This document shows, piece after piece, positions 10,101 through 19,900 of a DNA stretch of 64,000 nt; position 1 is the stretch's first letter, and each line of letters begins with the position of its first letter. Position numbers and translations under genes: made by a program. The notes beneath the pieces were generated by a model. It made no database searches. It was not told the DNA's origin and worked only from the letters and a program-made list of their open reading frames with translations. Source of the stretch: a virus; IMG/VR virus record IMGVR_UViG_3300020182_001907, one strand, 5' to 3'.

Positions 10101-10964
10101 GTAACAACCTGAATCCATTAATATCATGTTACGATATTCTTTACGTCCTAAGTCACTCATGTGCAGTTCTGTTACATACTGACCACCGATGCTGTACAAT
10201 CCAGTGCGGTCTGGTAAGGCAATCTCGCCATCTTCTACATATACACCAGGATATACACTGATTAAAATAGGATCTTCAACTTCTCGACGTAACTCTCTAG
10301 CAAGGTCTGCAGCCCTTTCTATTGTCTTGAGGGCGTTAATAGGATCTCTACCTGAGCGTGCATCATCGCCATCTGTTTTCACATAAATTGTATTCGCTAC
10401 TGGCTCGTCAAAGAAGTCTTTTTTATACTCCTTATCTAGCATTTCAAATTCTGCATCTAATGTTACTGCACTGGCAAATGTAGCGGGTCCTGTAACATCT
10501 AATGTGTCGTTAACAGTTAGGTCTTGAACTTCACTTGTGCCTAAACTTATAAATTCTGTATTAATAGTAGCGGTGTTTGCTTCAAACACATCTACAGTTA
10601 GATTTGCAATGTCGGCCTCATTATTAACAGTAAGTGTGTTAACAATCATTTGGTCGCCATAATAAAATTCGATTATGTTACCTAATGTTCCAATAGATTG
10701 TGTATCAACACCATTAACTGTTAAGACGCCGTTTATTGTGGTATCACCTTCAAACCTAGAAAGTTGATTAACAAGAAGTCGATTAGTTATAATCCCGCCT
10801 TCATTCGTTATGTTACCTGAATTGATGGTCGGCAATGTTGAAAGACCACTAACAGTTAAGTCTTCGTTAATAATTGTATTTTTATATATTGTTAAGTTAT
10901 CTTCTACTATAAGATTTCCAGCAACATACAGTAAATTTTGACTCGGATTAATAAGTGATGCCAT
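7107..10964 (-). CDS. Large virion structural protein: N-terminal beta-rich stalk, pectin-lyase-like beta-helix entry motif and five C-x-R-D helical repeats
   Basis: NTIYVKTDGDDARSGRDPINALKTIERA is the usual start of a beta-helix domain. Repeats have the form Y-x4-C-x-RDVGYI-x6-D. A late promoter lies upstream. Confidence 0.7.
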   Translation of the reverse strand: MASLINPSQNLLYVAGNLIVEDNLTIYKNTIINEDLTVSGLSTLPTINSGNITNEGGIITNRLLVNQLSRFEGDTTINGVLTVNGVDTQSIGTLGNIIEFYYGDQMIVNTLTVNNEADIANLTVDVFEANTATINTEFISLGTSEVQDLTVNDTLDVTGPATFASAVTLDAEFEMLDKEYKKDFFDEPVANTIYVKTDGDDARSGRDPINALKTIERAADLARELRREVEDPILISVYPGVYVEDGEIALPDRTGLYSIGGQYVTELHMSDLGRKEYRNMILMDSGCYCQGFSFRNMEVDDLDNPSGGFAYAFAPGAIIKRSPYCRDSSQLSNETYLKPAPPLDPATGNPAVGKGGGMVLADRSVVSAGSTYPYMLCFGATPRSNNGLGYVAKNGAGINGISSMTIYQRTAFYALNGGQLTLNNSGTQFGDISLRSSGNTTVVSPYTVSSTDVLVANAQIGNAILSNAEVLTDLVWQDLVDNGPDRYGNVNTDPNFVPWTNGFEYDVATCQRDVGYILNAVKQDLLMRTNYNTITAGMSYLRNIAGIAYVNSTQYNQTLNAIEYAKDETIKITSPGNKTAVKKLFNNVTKKIRNKDTNHEYIFETPGVPLYNEEKCYRDVGLIIKGVMLDSILGTNYNTVTAGLSYVRVAANKAITDQLVWTVAAIEFARDTAIAIPGLDPVTTSLISAGFDEVLDILQNGEVNANPLSFPNAYASLGSTGDHVTASTVLQNNRASLSSQVIGYISTNYPDLEYDQAKCERDVGYIIDGLTHDILYGGTYATITVAQSYFVDTDGPINPGVEGQLGEGESTATLAAYEAAKSIFNSVVVTTAEQNRVEDLMDTIIYAIKKGTNAYIPEPIEPTSTIGGAVQADYTTVLVKRNQIQAQTIEFINSDLFAILGYAPTTNADDAKNQLLLNKEFILTKAIDFVTSNYPMLSYDTASCRRDAGYILDGIVHDVLYGGNFATIGVARSYYTYGDLVVPIAEKAATIAAWNDMSAVMQNVIQGLEAGQETYPYTLATATEASVIANLMTVITGYIDNPIGNPLPAEVLPNTTWVDTVTVTDSVNIASNVSTIQTNTTDWLDATYSNYFENICKKDDKIIIESIGLDIVSGKEMTTQAAAQAYYDYKGGLVVPAEQIPAFQHVWAKIKQLLQNEAGGPGTDVGIMIGELVDAFENTVTNPITVTFGSLVESLAHQFNNAGAGVNTNALPLNFNKPGFNRPVPFSILQENGGRVRWSGADEINNQYFAGGTKINGQTGKFEGRPFNISVRAIARRLANSRGGF

Positions 10965-10993
10965 ACTTGCCCTTTAACTCAAATATTTAAAAC

Positions 10994-11001
10994 TATTTAT
11001 C
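10994..11001 (-). promoter_or_regulatory. Late promoter box GATAAATA
   Basis: Lies just downstream of the gp23 terminator and 30 nt upstream of the ATG at 10964. Confidence 0.7.
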
Positions 11002-11017
11002 ATATTTTGCAAAAGTC

Positions 11018-11044
11018 AAAAAAAAGCCCCGTTAGGGGCTTTTT
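11018..11044 (-). terminator. Rho-independent terminator after the major capsid gene (potentially bidirectional)
   Basis: aaaaagcccc-gtta-ggggcttttt is a perfect inverted repeat with A/T tails on both sides. Confidence 0.9.
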
Positions 11045-11067
11045 AAGTTTTTAATAAGAACTAGTTC

Positions 11068-12222
11068 TTATTGGAATGCTACGTTTTGCAATGTGATTGC
11101 GTCAACGTAATCTGCTGCGTTACCCAAAGATGAAGCAGTGTTAGTTAATTCTTTATAACCATAACGTGTCATAAAGCTAACAACTGGTTCAAATGTGTTT
11201 GGATCCATTACTGGACCTGTTGACATTAATGGGACGTATGGGCAGTAGAACGCAGGAGCATCAGTTTCTGATGTACCTTTGTAGCCTACCAATACAACTG
11301 GTCCGCCTGAAGCAGCGTCAGCAGCGTAGTTGTCTACGAATACTTTAACTGTACCATTCAATGTACCAGCAAACTTAGTGTTTGTTGGTGCGTCGAAAGA
11401 GCCTTCAGTTGTACGTGCAAACGTTGAAGTTGATGCACTTTGTAAGATTGTCAAAGCTTCTGGAGAAACTACAACGTAGTTACCAGCGCCACGACGTGTG
11501 CGAGCTGCAATTCTGTTTGCTGCGCGGTTGATTTCGATAGCAAGAGCTGCGTGACGATCACCAACGTATACTGACTGGCCACTTAATGCACCAAAGTCAA
11601 GAGCTTGACCAGCTCCAGCTAAGTTGCGTAACGAGCCAATGATTTCTTGGTCGATTTCAACAACAATTTCTTGTGCCAATGCTTGCATAATTTCTGCTTC
11701 GACGTCAACGCCGTGCATAGATTCTGCGTCTTGAGCAGCTTCAAAAGTCCAGCGAGCGCTTAAACGTCTTGTTTTAGCTTCTACTGTTTCTTTCAAGATT
11801 TGGATGCTCATCTTGCGTCCAGGATTGCCTTCAGCCGCTGCTGTAGCGTCTGGAGATCCTGCGTATGAAGCTGCCAACTTAAATGGTGACAAAGCTTCTT
11901 CACCAGCTACTGCACCGCCGCCTGTTTCGGCGTAACGAGTACGTAACGTGTGAATTTGTCCTACTGGACCAGTCATAGGCTGTACGCCTACTAGTTCGTT
12001 TGCGATCACGGAAGGCATAACCCTTCTGATCAAAGGTAACATAACCTTGTTTAAAGTTGCTACTGAACCAGCACCTGTTGCTCCTGCAGAAGCAGCCTCG
12101 TTTACCATCATCTTTTTGGCGTTTTCGAGGACTACGTCCATAGTCTTTTGACGTTGACCTGTAAGGCCTTCCATCAATGCGTCTTTGGTTGCTGACCAGT
12201 TGCTTTCAAATAAATTTGCCAT
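11068..12222 (-). CDS. gp23: Major capsid protein (T4 gp23 family)
   Basis: Motifs LIRRVMPSVIANELVGVQPMTGP, VEAKTRRLSARWTFEAAQD, AFYCPYVPL and FMTRYG; AGGAG RBS. Confidence 0.96.
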   Translation of the reverse strand: MANLFESNWSATKDALMEGLTGQRQKTMDVVLENAKKMMVNEAASAGATGAGSVATLNKVMLPLIRRVMPSVIANELVGVQPMTGPVGQIHTLRTRYAETGGGAVAGEEALSPFKLAASYAGSPDATAAAEGNPGRKMSIQILKETVEAKTRRLSARWTFEAAQDAESMHGVDVEAEIMQALAQEIVVEIDQEIIGSLRNLAGAGQALDFGALSGQSVYVGDRHAALAIEINRAANRIAARTRRGAGNYVVVSPEALTILQSASTSTFARTTEGSFDAPTNTKFAGTLNGTVKVFVDNYAADAASGGPVVLVGYKGTSETDAPAFYCPYVPLMSTGPVMDPNTFEPVVSFMTRYGYKELTNTASSLGNAADYVDAITLQNVAFQ

Positions 12223-12237
12223 TGTTTTAACTCCTAG

Positions 12238-13350
12238 TTATTTTGAAAGTCCGGCTAGTTTGCGGATTGCGTCTAATTGCACTACGCTTTCGGCATCTTC
12301 GGCGACCTCTGCTTTTGCAGGTGCCTGCTTATTACCAGTGTGTTCTCTTGTCACTGATTCTTTAATTGTCTTTTTTGCACGTGGTTCAGTGCTTTCTAGT
12401 AAAGAAGGAAGATACTTATTAAAAGCGGCTTCTAACTTTTCTGTCTTAACACTTTCCAGCAAATCTGACATTATTTCTTTTTTATCCTTGCCTAATGGGC
12501 TCATCAATTCTGCTAACTTCTCTTTACGATTGTAGCGGTCTTGTTGTGCACGTAACTTAGTTTCAGTTAACAGTCTAGACTTTTCGCTAATAGCGATTTT
12601 CTGTTCTGCAATTGTAACTTGTTTTTTCATTTGGGCAATTTGTTTCTGAACTGTTTTAATTTCTTTAACTTCATTTAAGTACGAAGTGTTGTACTCAGTT
12701 GCGAATGCTTCAAAAATTCTGCGTCCAAAGTCATTTTCGCGAGCTGCTGTGATATCATTACGGAAAGACTTAACTTCTTTGCCAACAACTGTGTTGATTT
12801 TGTTCTCAACCAAGTTGGCAGCTTTAGAAATAAAGTCACGCTTTGCTTCTGCAAGCTGACGCTTACCTTCTGCAACCATTTTGACTTTATGCTCAACTAA
12901 TGCTTTCTTGTCCTCATGGAACTCAGCAAGTTCACCAGCTAGTGATTCTGTTACGAATTCATCCAACTTAGTGACGTGCTCAGATACACGAGTGCGGTCT
13001 GCACGTAGTTCTTTGACTTCCTTTGCAACCATAGTGGTTACAAACTTGTCTAGCATTTTAGCGTGTTCACTGACAGCTTTGCGATACTTAACTCTTTGTT
13101 CTGCGAGAGCAGCTTTGTCTGATGCTAATTCAGTCATTTCAGCTTCAACACGCTCTGAGATAAACTTGTCCATTGCTTCTACAATCAATCCTTTGTCATG
13201 ATCGTATCGCTGGGCAAACTCTTCACGTAATTCTGCTGTTAATTCTTCTCTAGCTTCCGACAGTTTTGACTCCCACGCTTCTTGAAGTGAAGTAGTTGCC
13301 TCTTGAGACAAGCCTGCACCTTCAAGTAATTCGTTAAATGTCACTGCCAT
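12238..13350 (-). CDS. gp22: Prohead core / scaffolding protein (gp22-like)
   Basis: Coiled-coil, charged protein containing GRRIFEAF; it sits between protease and capsid genes as in T4. Confidence 0.85.
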   Translation of the reverse strand: MAVTFNELLEGAGLSQEATTSLQEAWESKLSEAREELTAELREEFAQRYDHDKGLIVEAMDKFISERVEAEMTELASDKAALAEQRVKYRKAVSEHAKMLDKFVTTMVAKEVKELRADRTRVSEHVTKLDEFVTESLAGELAEFHEDKKALVEHKVKMVAEGKRQLAEAKRDFISKAANLVENKINTVVGKEVKSFRNDITAARENDFGRRIFEAFATEYNTSYLNEVKEIKTVQKQIAQMKKQVTIAEQKIAISEKSRLLTETKLRAQQDRYNRKEKLAELMSPLGKDKKEIMSDLLESVKTEKLEAAFNKYLPSLLESTEPRAKKTIKESVTREHTGNKQAPAKAEVAEDAESVVQLDAIRKLAGLSK

Positions 13351-13366
13351 AGTAGTTCTCCTACTG

Positions 13367-13999
13367 TTATAATTTCAATTCTTTAATGAATTTAGTGATT
13401 TCATTCATTAAATGTTTTTCTGCACTTTTGTCGTGTGTTACGGCAGCGGCTGTTCTGTAAACAGATTCGCCGCCACGCATATTAAACAAACTTTCATAGA
13501 TTGTCTTAGGATACGCATCTGGTGCGCTAGGCTGGGCCACAATGTCTACAGTTATCATGTCGAAATCTGATACTTTACCAGATTCACTTACATTACCGCT
13601 GCCTCGACTGCTAACGCCCAGTTTTGCTCCAGCTTTTAACAAGCTACGAGCAATGTTACCCATTGGAGTATCTATAATTTTAAGTTTACCATACCCGTCT
13701 GACCCATCACAGTGCATATCTGTTATGATATGTGCCACACGGTCTAGATTAATTTGGAGCTCTTCTGGATGATCTAATTCGCCCATCACAGTTTCGCCTT
13801 TGCTTAATCTAGTTCTAACACTTTCTACTGCACGTTCAATCTCCCCTTTAGGGTAAACCCTGCCGTTTTGATTTTGTACATCGCCTTGAATGAAAAGACC
13901 GGCCATGATTAAATCCTTGCCGCCCTGTCCATTGTCAGCTTCCATCAATTTCAGACCTGCTTGGTCTGCACTCATGTATTCGTATATTTTACGTGCCAT
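13367..13999 (-). CDS. gp21: Prohead maturation protease (gp21 family)
   Basis: Motifs NQNGRVYP, GELDHP, GVSSRGSG and DIVAQPSAPDAY. Confidence 0.95.
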   Translation of the reverse strand: MARKIYEYMSADQAGLKLMEADNGQGGKDLIMAGLFIQGDVQNQNGRVYPKGEIERAVESVRTRLSKGETVMGELDHPEELQINLDRVAHIITDMHCDGSDGYGKLKIIDTPMGNIARSLLKAGAKLGVSSRGSGNVSESGKVSDFDMITVDIVAQPSAPDAYPKTIYESLFNMRGGESVYRTAAAVTHDKSAEKHLMNEITKFIKELKL

Positions 14000-14014
14000 T
14001 ATCTATTCCCCACC

Positions 14015-14812
14015 TTAAGCTGATTTATGATCTACGTCAATGTTGCTTGTAGGTGTGTGATCTTTTGCTGAATCGCCTTTGTTGCCTTCGCCACCGTCTT
14101 TAGCATGGACAGGTTTGCCCTGGCTAGAAACTGATGTGTGCTTGGCTGGCTTCATTGAACCTGCGCTGCTGTCTGCATCGCCTGCTCCGCCTTTTGGATC
14201 AGCTACGTTATCAGATAACTTAGTTGCTTCTTCAACAACTTCTTCATCTTCGTCAACTTCTTCAGCTTCGTCTAAATCGTACTCAACTGATTCCATATCC
14301 ATTTCTTCTTCGTCGCCCATGTCCATGTCCATCTCGAAGTCGTCTCCAGCTTCTTCGCCTTCGCCTTCTTCTTCATCTGACATTAACTTTTCGAACTCTG
14401 CACGAAGATCTTCTAATTCAGCTTCCAAGCCCTCGACTTTATCTTCGAGATCCTCTTCGCCTTCTTCTTCGTCGCCCATCATCATTTCTTCGTCGTCGCC
14501 CATTTCTTCTTCATCGGCTTCGCCGTAGACTTCTTCGTCTTCAATTTCGTCTTCAGTTTCTTCTATATCTGATTCGAAATCACCAACTGCATCGCTATCA
14601 TCGATAGCTTCTTCAACTTCATCAAAAGATTCGTCTACTTCCTCTTCTGCTGATTCTTCAACTTCATCCTCTTCGGATTCGTCGAGTACTTTCTCGTACT
14701 CAGAACGTGCTTTAGAAACTACATATTCATGTAGCATTTCTTCTGCTTGTTCTGTATCTTCAGCTAAAAGGAGTTCGAGAATCTGCTCTAGTTTAGTACG
14801 TGATTCTGACAT
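14015..14812 (-). CDS. Extremely acidic prohead core protein (gp67/gp68 position)
   Basis: Long Asp/Glu tracts, AGGAGG RBS and its own late promoter; it lies between portal and protease. Confidence 0.7.
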   Translation of the reverse strand: MSESRTKLEQILELLLAEDTEQAEEMLHEYVVSKARSEYEKVLDESEEDEVEESAEEEVDESFDEVEEAIDDSDAVGDFESDIEETEDEIEDEEVYGEADEEEMGDDEEMMMGDEEEGEEDLEDKVEGLEAELEDLRAEFEKLMSDEEEGEGEEAGDDFEMDMDMGDEEEMDMESVEYDLDEAEEVDEDEEVVEEATKLSDNVADPKGGAGDADSSAGSMKPAKHTSVSSQGKPVHAKDGGEGNKGDSAKDHTPTSNIDVDHKSA

Positions 14813-14844
14813 TGTGGCCTCCTAAATTAATCGTACATAGGTTT

Positions 14845-14882
14845 GAACGAGTAAAGATACTCGTCCACAAATTATATTTATA
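14845..14882 (-). promoter_or_regulatory. Late promoter TATAAATA (14875-14882) followed by a 5'-leader hairpin (14845-14866)
   Basis: Exact T4 late consensus, then GGACGAGUA-UCUU-UACUCGUUC, a 9-bp stem on the transcript. Confidence 0.75.
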
Positions 14883-14931
14883 GTATAATATTAAATTATA
14901 GGAGGAAATGGTTAATTTTGAACCATTTTGC

Positions 14932-15135
14932 TTAGGCTAGAGGTTGTTCGCCGGCAGGTGCAGCATACATCGTTCTTACAAATTGATCGTGTTCTGCGGT
15001 TTCAGCTGTTTTAATATCCCTAACTTTACGAAGTTTATTTAATTCTTCTAGTGTTAATCTAGTTTTTCTTGTGTCTGTACTACTGCGATATGTACCTTTG
15101 TCGTCCTCAGGTGTATAAAATTCATTTAATCTCAT
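14932..15135 (-). CDS. Small basic head-module protein (67 aa)
   Basis: ATGA overlap with the portal stop and an AGGAGGAG RBS; contains RKTRLTLEELNKLRK. Confidence 0.75.
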   Translation of the reverse strand: MRLNEFYTPEDDKGTYRSSTDTRKTRLTLEELNKLRKVRDIKTAETAEHDQFVRTMYAAPAGEQPLA

Positions 15136-16844
15136 ATTGCTTCTCCTCCTGGCGCTGGTTCTGCTATACCGGGCTCTATTGATGTATCTCCCTCTACGCC
15201 TTCTATTCCAGTGAGGTTGGCATCTGCGTCTGGATCAATCATCTCGTCAGGTTCCGGTCTAATTCCCATAGATCCCAAACTGGTATCAGTTGACGCAGCA
15301 GAATTTTCATATCTCGATACGTTATTTTCCTTACGCCACATTTCTTCGTTGTCTTTGATCTCATCTTCAGTAAGTCCAAGATATTTCTGTAATTTAAACT
15401 GATTGCTTAGATATGGTATAGCTTGTACTTGATTAAACAACTGTGCACGTTCTGTTTCTATCTGTAATTCTCTAAAGCTACTAAAATTCATAGGTTCTGT
15501 TAATTCTATGTAAAATGTACCCGAATCGATATCAATTCCTCGCCATTTTAAAAACATCTTAAACTCGTGATCTAAATCTTCTTGGATTTGTTTTTGCAAA
15601 CGTTGCACATACTTGCTAAAGCGATACTCTTGGATATATGCCACGCCTACTTTTCCGTCATTATATGTAGCAGTACTATCTTCTGGTCCTGTTGGCAGAT
15701 AACTGCTTGGTATTCGCAACCCTCTTACTAGTTTGTTGTTGAAGTATTTTAGATCATCGATTTGACCCAAATTCTCTCCGCCCGGTAACGTATCTACTTT
15801 GGAGCCACGTCCTTCTGCTGTTTGAGCAAAGAAGTAATCCTCTAACATACTCATTGGATTGTATGAGCTGTCTGCTATACTTTGGCCGTTGTCATTTTTT
15901 CCTGGAACACGCTTTTGTTGCACTTCGTATTTGACTTGTTCTAGATACTGCCGTGCTTTATGCGGAGGCATGTTGCCTACATCAATAAAGAATACTCTGC
16001 GCTCTGGTGCTCTGTGCACACGGTATATCAGTATGCTGTCTTCAAGCAATTCTTTCTGCTTAAACACTTTAAAAATTGGATCTAATATGCTTTGTCCAAA
16101 AGGCCATGCATTATCCATACCCTCTGTTAAACTAATATGCACAATATGTTCTGCGCCTACAGGAATTCCTTGATCTGAATCTGTACCAGCACCAGTTAAG
16201 TAACTGCCTGCTGCGGCGTTATTAGTTGGACTCATAATACCTGCGTTCATTGCTTGTCCGCTTCCGTAAGGTTTTCCGTGTAGTGGAGATGCGCTAGTTG
16301 CAATCTTTTCTTCAAAAATCGGCTCAAGATTTTTAACAAAGTAAATTTCTTTCGATTTCCCTTCGCTTTCGTTTACTATAACTTTAGTAATATTAGCAGG
16401 GTCTACCCAAAACAGTTCGTATGTTTCTGGATCTCTAATAAAAAATTGATCTCCGTACTTAATAGTATTTCTGAAAATTCTAAACACTCGTTTGTATAAA
16501 TCGTTTAGATTACACCACTGTCTTAGAGTTTTATTAATAATTTTGCTTTCTGTGTCGCTTGGATCTTCATCATAATGGATACTAAATGGTAGCCCAGTAG
16601 AATCTTCTTCTTGTGTGCCGAACTCAGCAATAGTGTCTAGTGCTGTGTTAATTTCTGGATCGTTATCCATATTATCGTATTGTTGATAACGCATTAATCT
16701 GTTAGGAGAACCAGCATAAACTTCTGGTAGCCAACTTGCTAATTGATTAGATGCTGCCCCAGGACCTTGCTCAGTTGAGCTAGGCTGAATATTTAACGGT
16801 AATCCGCTATTATCAACAGGTGTAAAATGTTTTCTCCAACTCAT
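15132..16844 (-). CDS. gp20: Portal vertex protein (gp20 family)
   Basis: Motifs LLEDSILIYRVHRAPERRVFFIDVGNMP, MSMLEDYFF and VDTLPGGENLGQIDDLKYF. Confidence 0.96.
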   Translation of the reverse strand: MSWRKHFTPVDNSGLPLNIQPSSTEQGPGAASNQLASWLPEVYAGSPNRLMRYQQYDNMDNDPEINTALDTIAEFGTQEEDSTGLPFSIHYDEDPSDTESKIINKTLRQWCNLNDLYKRVFRIFRNTIKYGDQFFIRDPETYELFWVDPANITKVIVNESEGKSKEIYFVKNLEPIFEEKIATSASPLHGKPYGSGQAMNAGIMSPTNNAAAGSYLTGAGTDSDQGIPVGAEHIVHISLTEGMDNAWPFGQSILDPIFKVFKQKELLEDSILIYRVHRAPERRVFFIDVGNMPPHKARQYLEQVKYEVQQKRVPGKNDNGQSIADSSYNPMSMLEDYFFAQTAEGRGSKVDTLPGGENLGQIDDLKYFNNKLVRGLRIPSSYLPTGPEDSTATYNDGKVGVAYIQEYRFSKYVQRLQKQIQEDLDHEFKMFLKWRGIDIDSGTFYIELTEPMNFSSFRELQIETERAQLFNQVQAIPYLSNQFKLQKYLGLTEDEIKDNEEMWRKENNVSRYENSAASTDTSLGSMGIRPEPDEMIDPDADANLTGIEGVEGDTSIEPGIAEPAPGGEAI

Positions 16845-16877
16845 ACTAAATCCAAATGTTTATTGTATTACTAGTAG

Positions 16878-16885
16878 TATTTATC
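16878..16885 (-). promoter_or_regulatory. Late promoter box GATAAATA
   Basis: 34 nt upstream of the portal ATG. Confidence 0.7.
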
Positions 16886-16900
16886 AGGTAGAGCAAAACT

Positions 16901-19900
16901 CTAAGTCGAATTTTCGATCGTGGTGTTGAGGGCAGATATTAACTTGTTTGTTTTTGCAGTGTTAGATGCAATTGCTGCCATAATACTTTCAACGTTAGTT
17001 GTTGCAGAATTTTCTCCAGAGTTGTTATTACCAGTACTTTGTGTTTGCGTGGCATTGTTAGCTGCTGTATTTGCATCGTTTTGTGCGTTAAGAGATTGGC
17101 CAGCTGGTGTTTTATTAATTGTCTCAGTCCCTTTTGCTGCTGTAAGTTTTTCTACTTGTGCTTGGTCAGCAAATTTTTTCTTGCTATTTGCTTCAAGAGC
17201 AGGGGTTTCTTCATCGTTAGCCCCAAAACCCAAAAAGCTCATTCCTTGTGATAGTAGTCCAGGGCTAGATGCATCGTTAATATTACTTATTGCGTCTGCT
17301 GATGCAGCTAGTGCAGCATGGTCTAAGTTAGCGAATCGTGCATACACGTCTGCCATTGCACCTAAGCTAACAGCAGAAGCAGCAATACCAGCAGCATCTA
17401 GAGTGGATAATCTACTAAAAATGTTAACTTGATCTTCTAACTCTCCTGTGTCAATATCATCTGAAATCTCGCCAAGATACCCTAACGAGAACGTAATTGC
17501 ATCTATTGCACTAGCAATTCCGTACATTGTATCCGCTGGAATTATGCTAAGTCGTTCGATTGCGGCGGTTTGTGCATCTAAAACAGAAGTTTCGCTATCT
17601 CCTTTGACTGCATTGATAACGCTGCTAATGCCTTCTGCAATTCCACCAACTACACCCATTATGGTTCCGCCAATTTTTTCAACAGCTATGCCTACACCTT
17701 CTAGTATGCTTTTAATACCTGCGCCAAGCCCTTCAAATCCAGAGAATATAGATTCTAGCGCATTTCCAACTCCTTCAAAAACACTTTTAAGCACATCACC
17801 AAATGCGCTTACAATGGGCGCAACTCCTTCTAGAATCTCCTTAATCATCTTCCCAAAAGGTACAAACGCATCTTTTGCAATGTTTAATGCTGTAGCAAAT
17901 CCAATAGTTGCAAGTGTAATGGCGCCTAATATCAGTGCTGCTTTACCTATTGCAGCCATGGGAACTTTGCCTATTGCTTTTAGTCCGTTAGCTGCGCCCA
18001 TAAGCATACCGCCTAGGCCGCCGCCTTTGCCTGCCTTGCCTGCAACTGCGTTCCCTACAGGAGCGTTCCCGCCTATAGCTTTGGTAGCGCCGCCGCCTAG
18101 AAAACCTTTAGCTTTTCCGCCAAGTGCCATTGCAGCATTATATAGTTTAAGTGTTTTTGTTACTAATAAAAAGCTACCTACTACACCGCCCACTACTGCG
18201 CCTACACTGCCAAATACATCACCCATGCTTTCTACTGCACCAGTAAAGTCACCAGTAAATAAATTGTAGATTACCCTAAACGGTGCAGTTACAGCTATTA
18301 TACCATCTTTAAGATTCGTAAATGCACTCTTTATGCTGTCCCATCCGCCACTCTTAAACCATTCTGCAAAATCCTGAATTGCAGGAACCATCTTGTTTCT
18401 AATTATTTCTGCAAAATTAGTAGTATCACCGCCAATCATGCCAAAGCTGTCCATGATTGTTACCCGTATAGTTTGAATAGCATCCTTAAATGCGCCCATC
18501 ACACTTTGTGTGCCGGACATTTGTTTTTTCTGTTCTTGGCTGAGCTCGTTATAATCCTTAACAGCAACCAGTTGTTTCTTCATTTCGCCAGTAGCTGCGT
18601 CTTTAACTTCTATCTCTCGCATCATGGCTTTACCGTTTTTGTCCAGTATCTCGCCGTCCTTATTGCGTAATATAGTGTCTTTCACTAGCGCATCAGCAAA
18701 TGCACCTGCTGGACCAGCAAAAGCTGCACTTAAATCTGTCATTGCTCCACTCATTGTGCCACTGATAGTATTCATTGCTGCATCATATGCTTGGGCTGCT
18801 TTTGCTAATCCACTTTGAACGCTGCCTGCTGAATTGGCGGCGCCCGCTAATGCACTTTTTGCTAAACCTGCACTTTCAAAAAGAGATTGCATCATGCCTG
18901 CTGCTGGTGATCCGGTGTTAACTAAATTTTGGAACATGCTGAGTGCTTTCTCATCGCCCAACAATTCACTTAAATTGTTTTGCAACATTGGACCAAATTC
19001 TTTCATCTTGGCCATGCCTTGTTCCTGCTCGGCAGCACTGCCATTCATTAACTTGCCGATGGTTTGCATTTCATTTGAAATTTCTTTGCCGCCAGCACCC
19101 ATTGCACTCAGTGCAGTATAAAGTTCACTACCGCCTTGGGCCAAGAATGCTGCAGGTTCACTCATAGCAGTTAATATTGCATCCGATGCGCCGTCTGCTA
19201 ATCCCATGCCCGCAAACTGTGTACCCAGTTGTTCGGCAGCTTCTAGATATTTTGCACCTGCCTCATCACCTAATCTAGCAACTGTTCTGGCTCTTGAAAT
19301 CTGAAAGTTAAAATTACTGTCTAAAAGTTTGGCATTTTTGTCTCTTACTTCTTTTACACTTTGTCCTAGAGCTTGTGCAGCTTCCATCTGCATGCCATAC
19401 AATTCTGCTGATCTCTGTGCTTGCCTCTGGCTATCAATTGCGCCTAATGCGCCTAACTGTTTACGCCTCTCTAAATCTTCTCCTAATACTTCAGCTGATT
19501 CCGCTATGCTTAAACCAAATTTATTACCGTTATCACTGATGTTGTTGAACGTTTTTTGTATGTCAGCAAAACCTGTCTTGCCCATAACCTGGACAACGCC
19601 ACTGAAATTTTTCATTAGATCAGCTGCGGAGCCGGCAGTCATACCTAAGTAACTGAGATCTGCAATTAATTTTTCTGCACTACCAGTTGCATCAGTAAAG
19701 CCTACGCCTGCTTTCTGTAACTCGAGTAGTTCGTTACCAACCTGCTGAGCACCTTCAAACATTGTACCAACGACAGTCATTACAGAGCTGCCTAAACTCA
19801 AAAAGCTTTTAGTTAGCATTGCGTCTGCTTTCATAGCTCCGTTGAACAGGGTATCGCCTATGATTTTACCTTTGCTAGCAGCACTTGCAATGCTTTCTGT

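Noticed and set aside
16920-19652. Long plus-strand ORFs (up to 273 aa) opposite the tape-measure-like gene
   Set aside because: They are typical antisense shadows of an Ala/Gly-rich gene, with no recognisable motifs.
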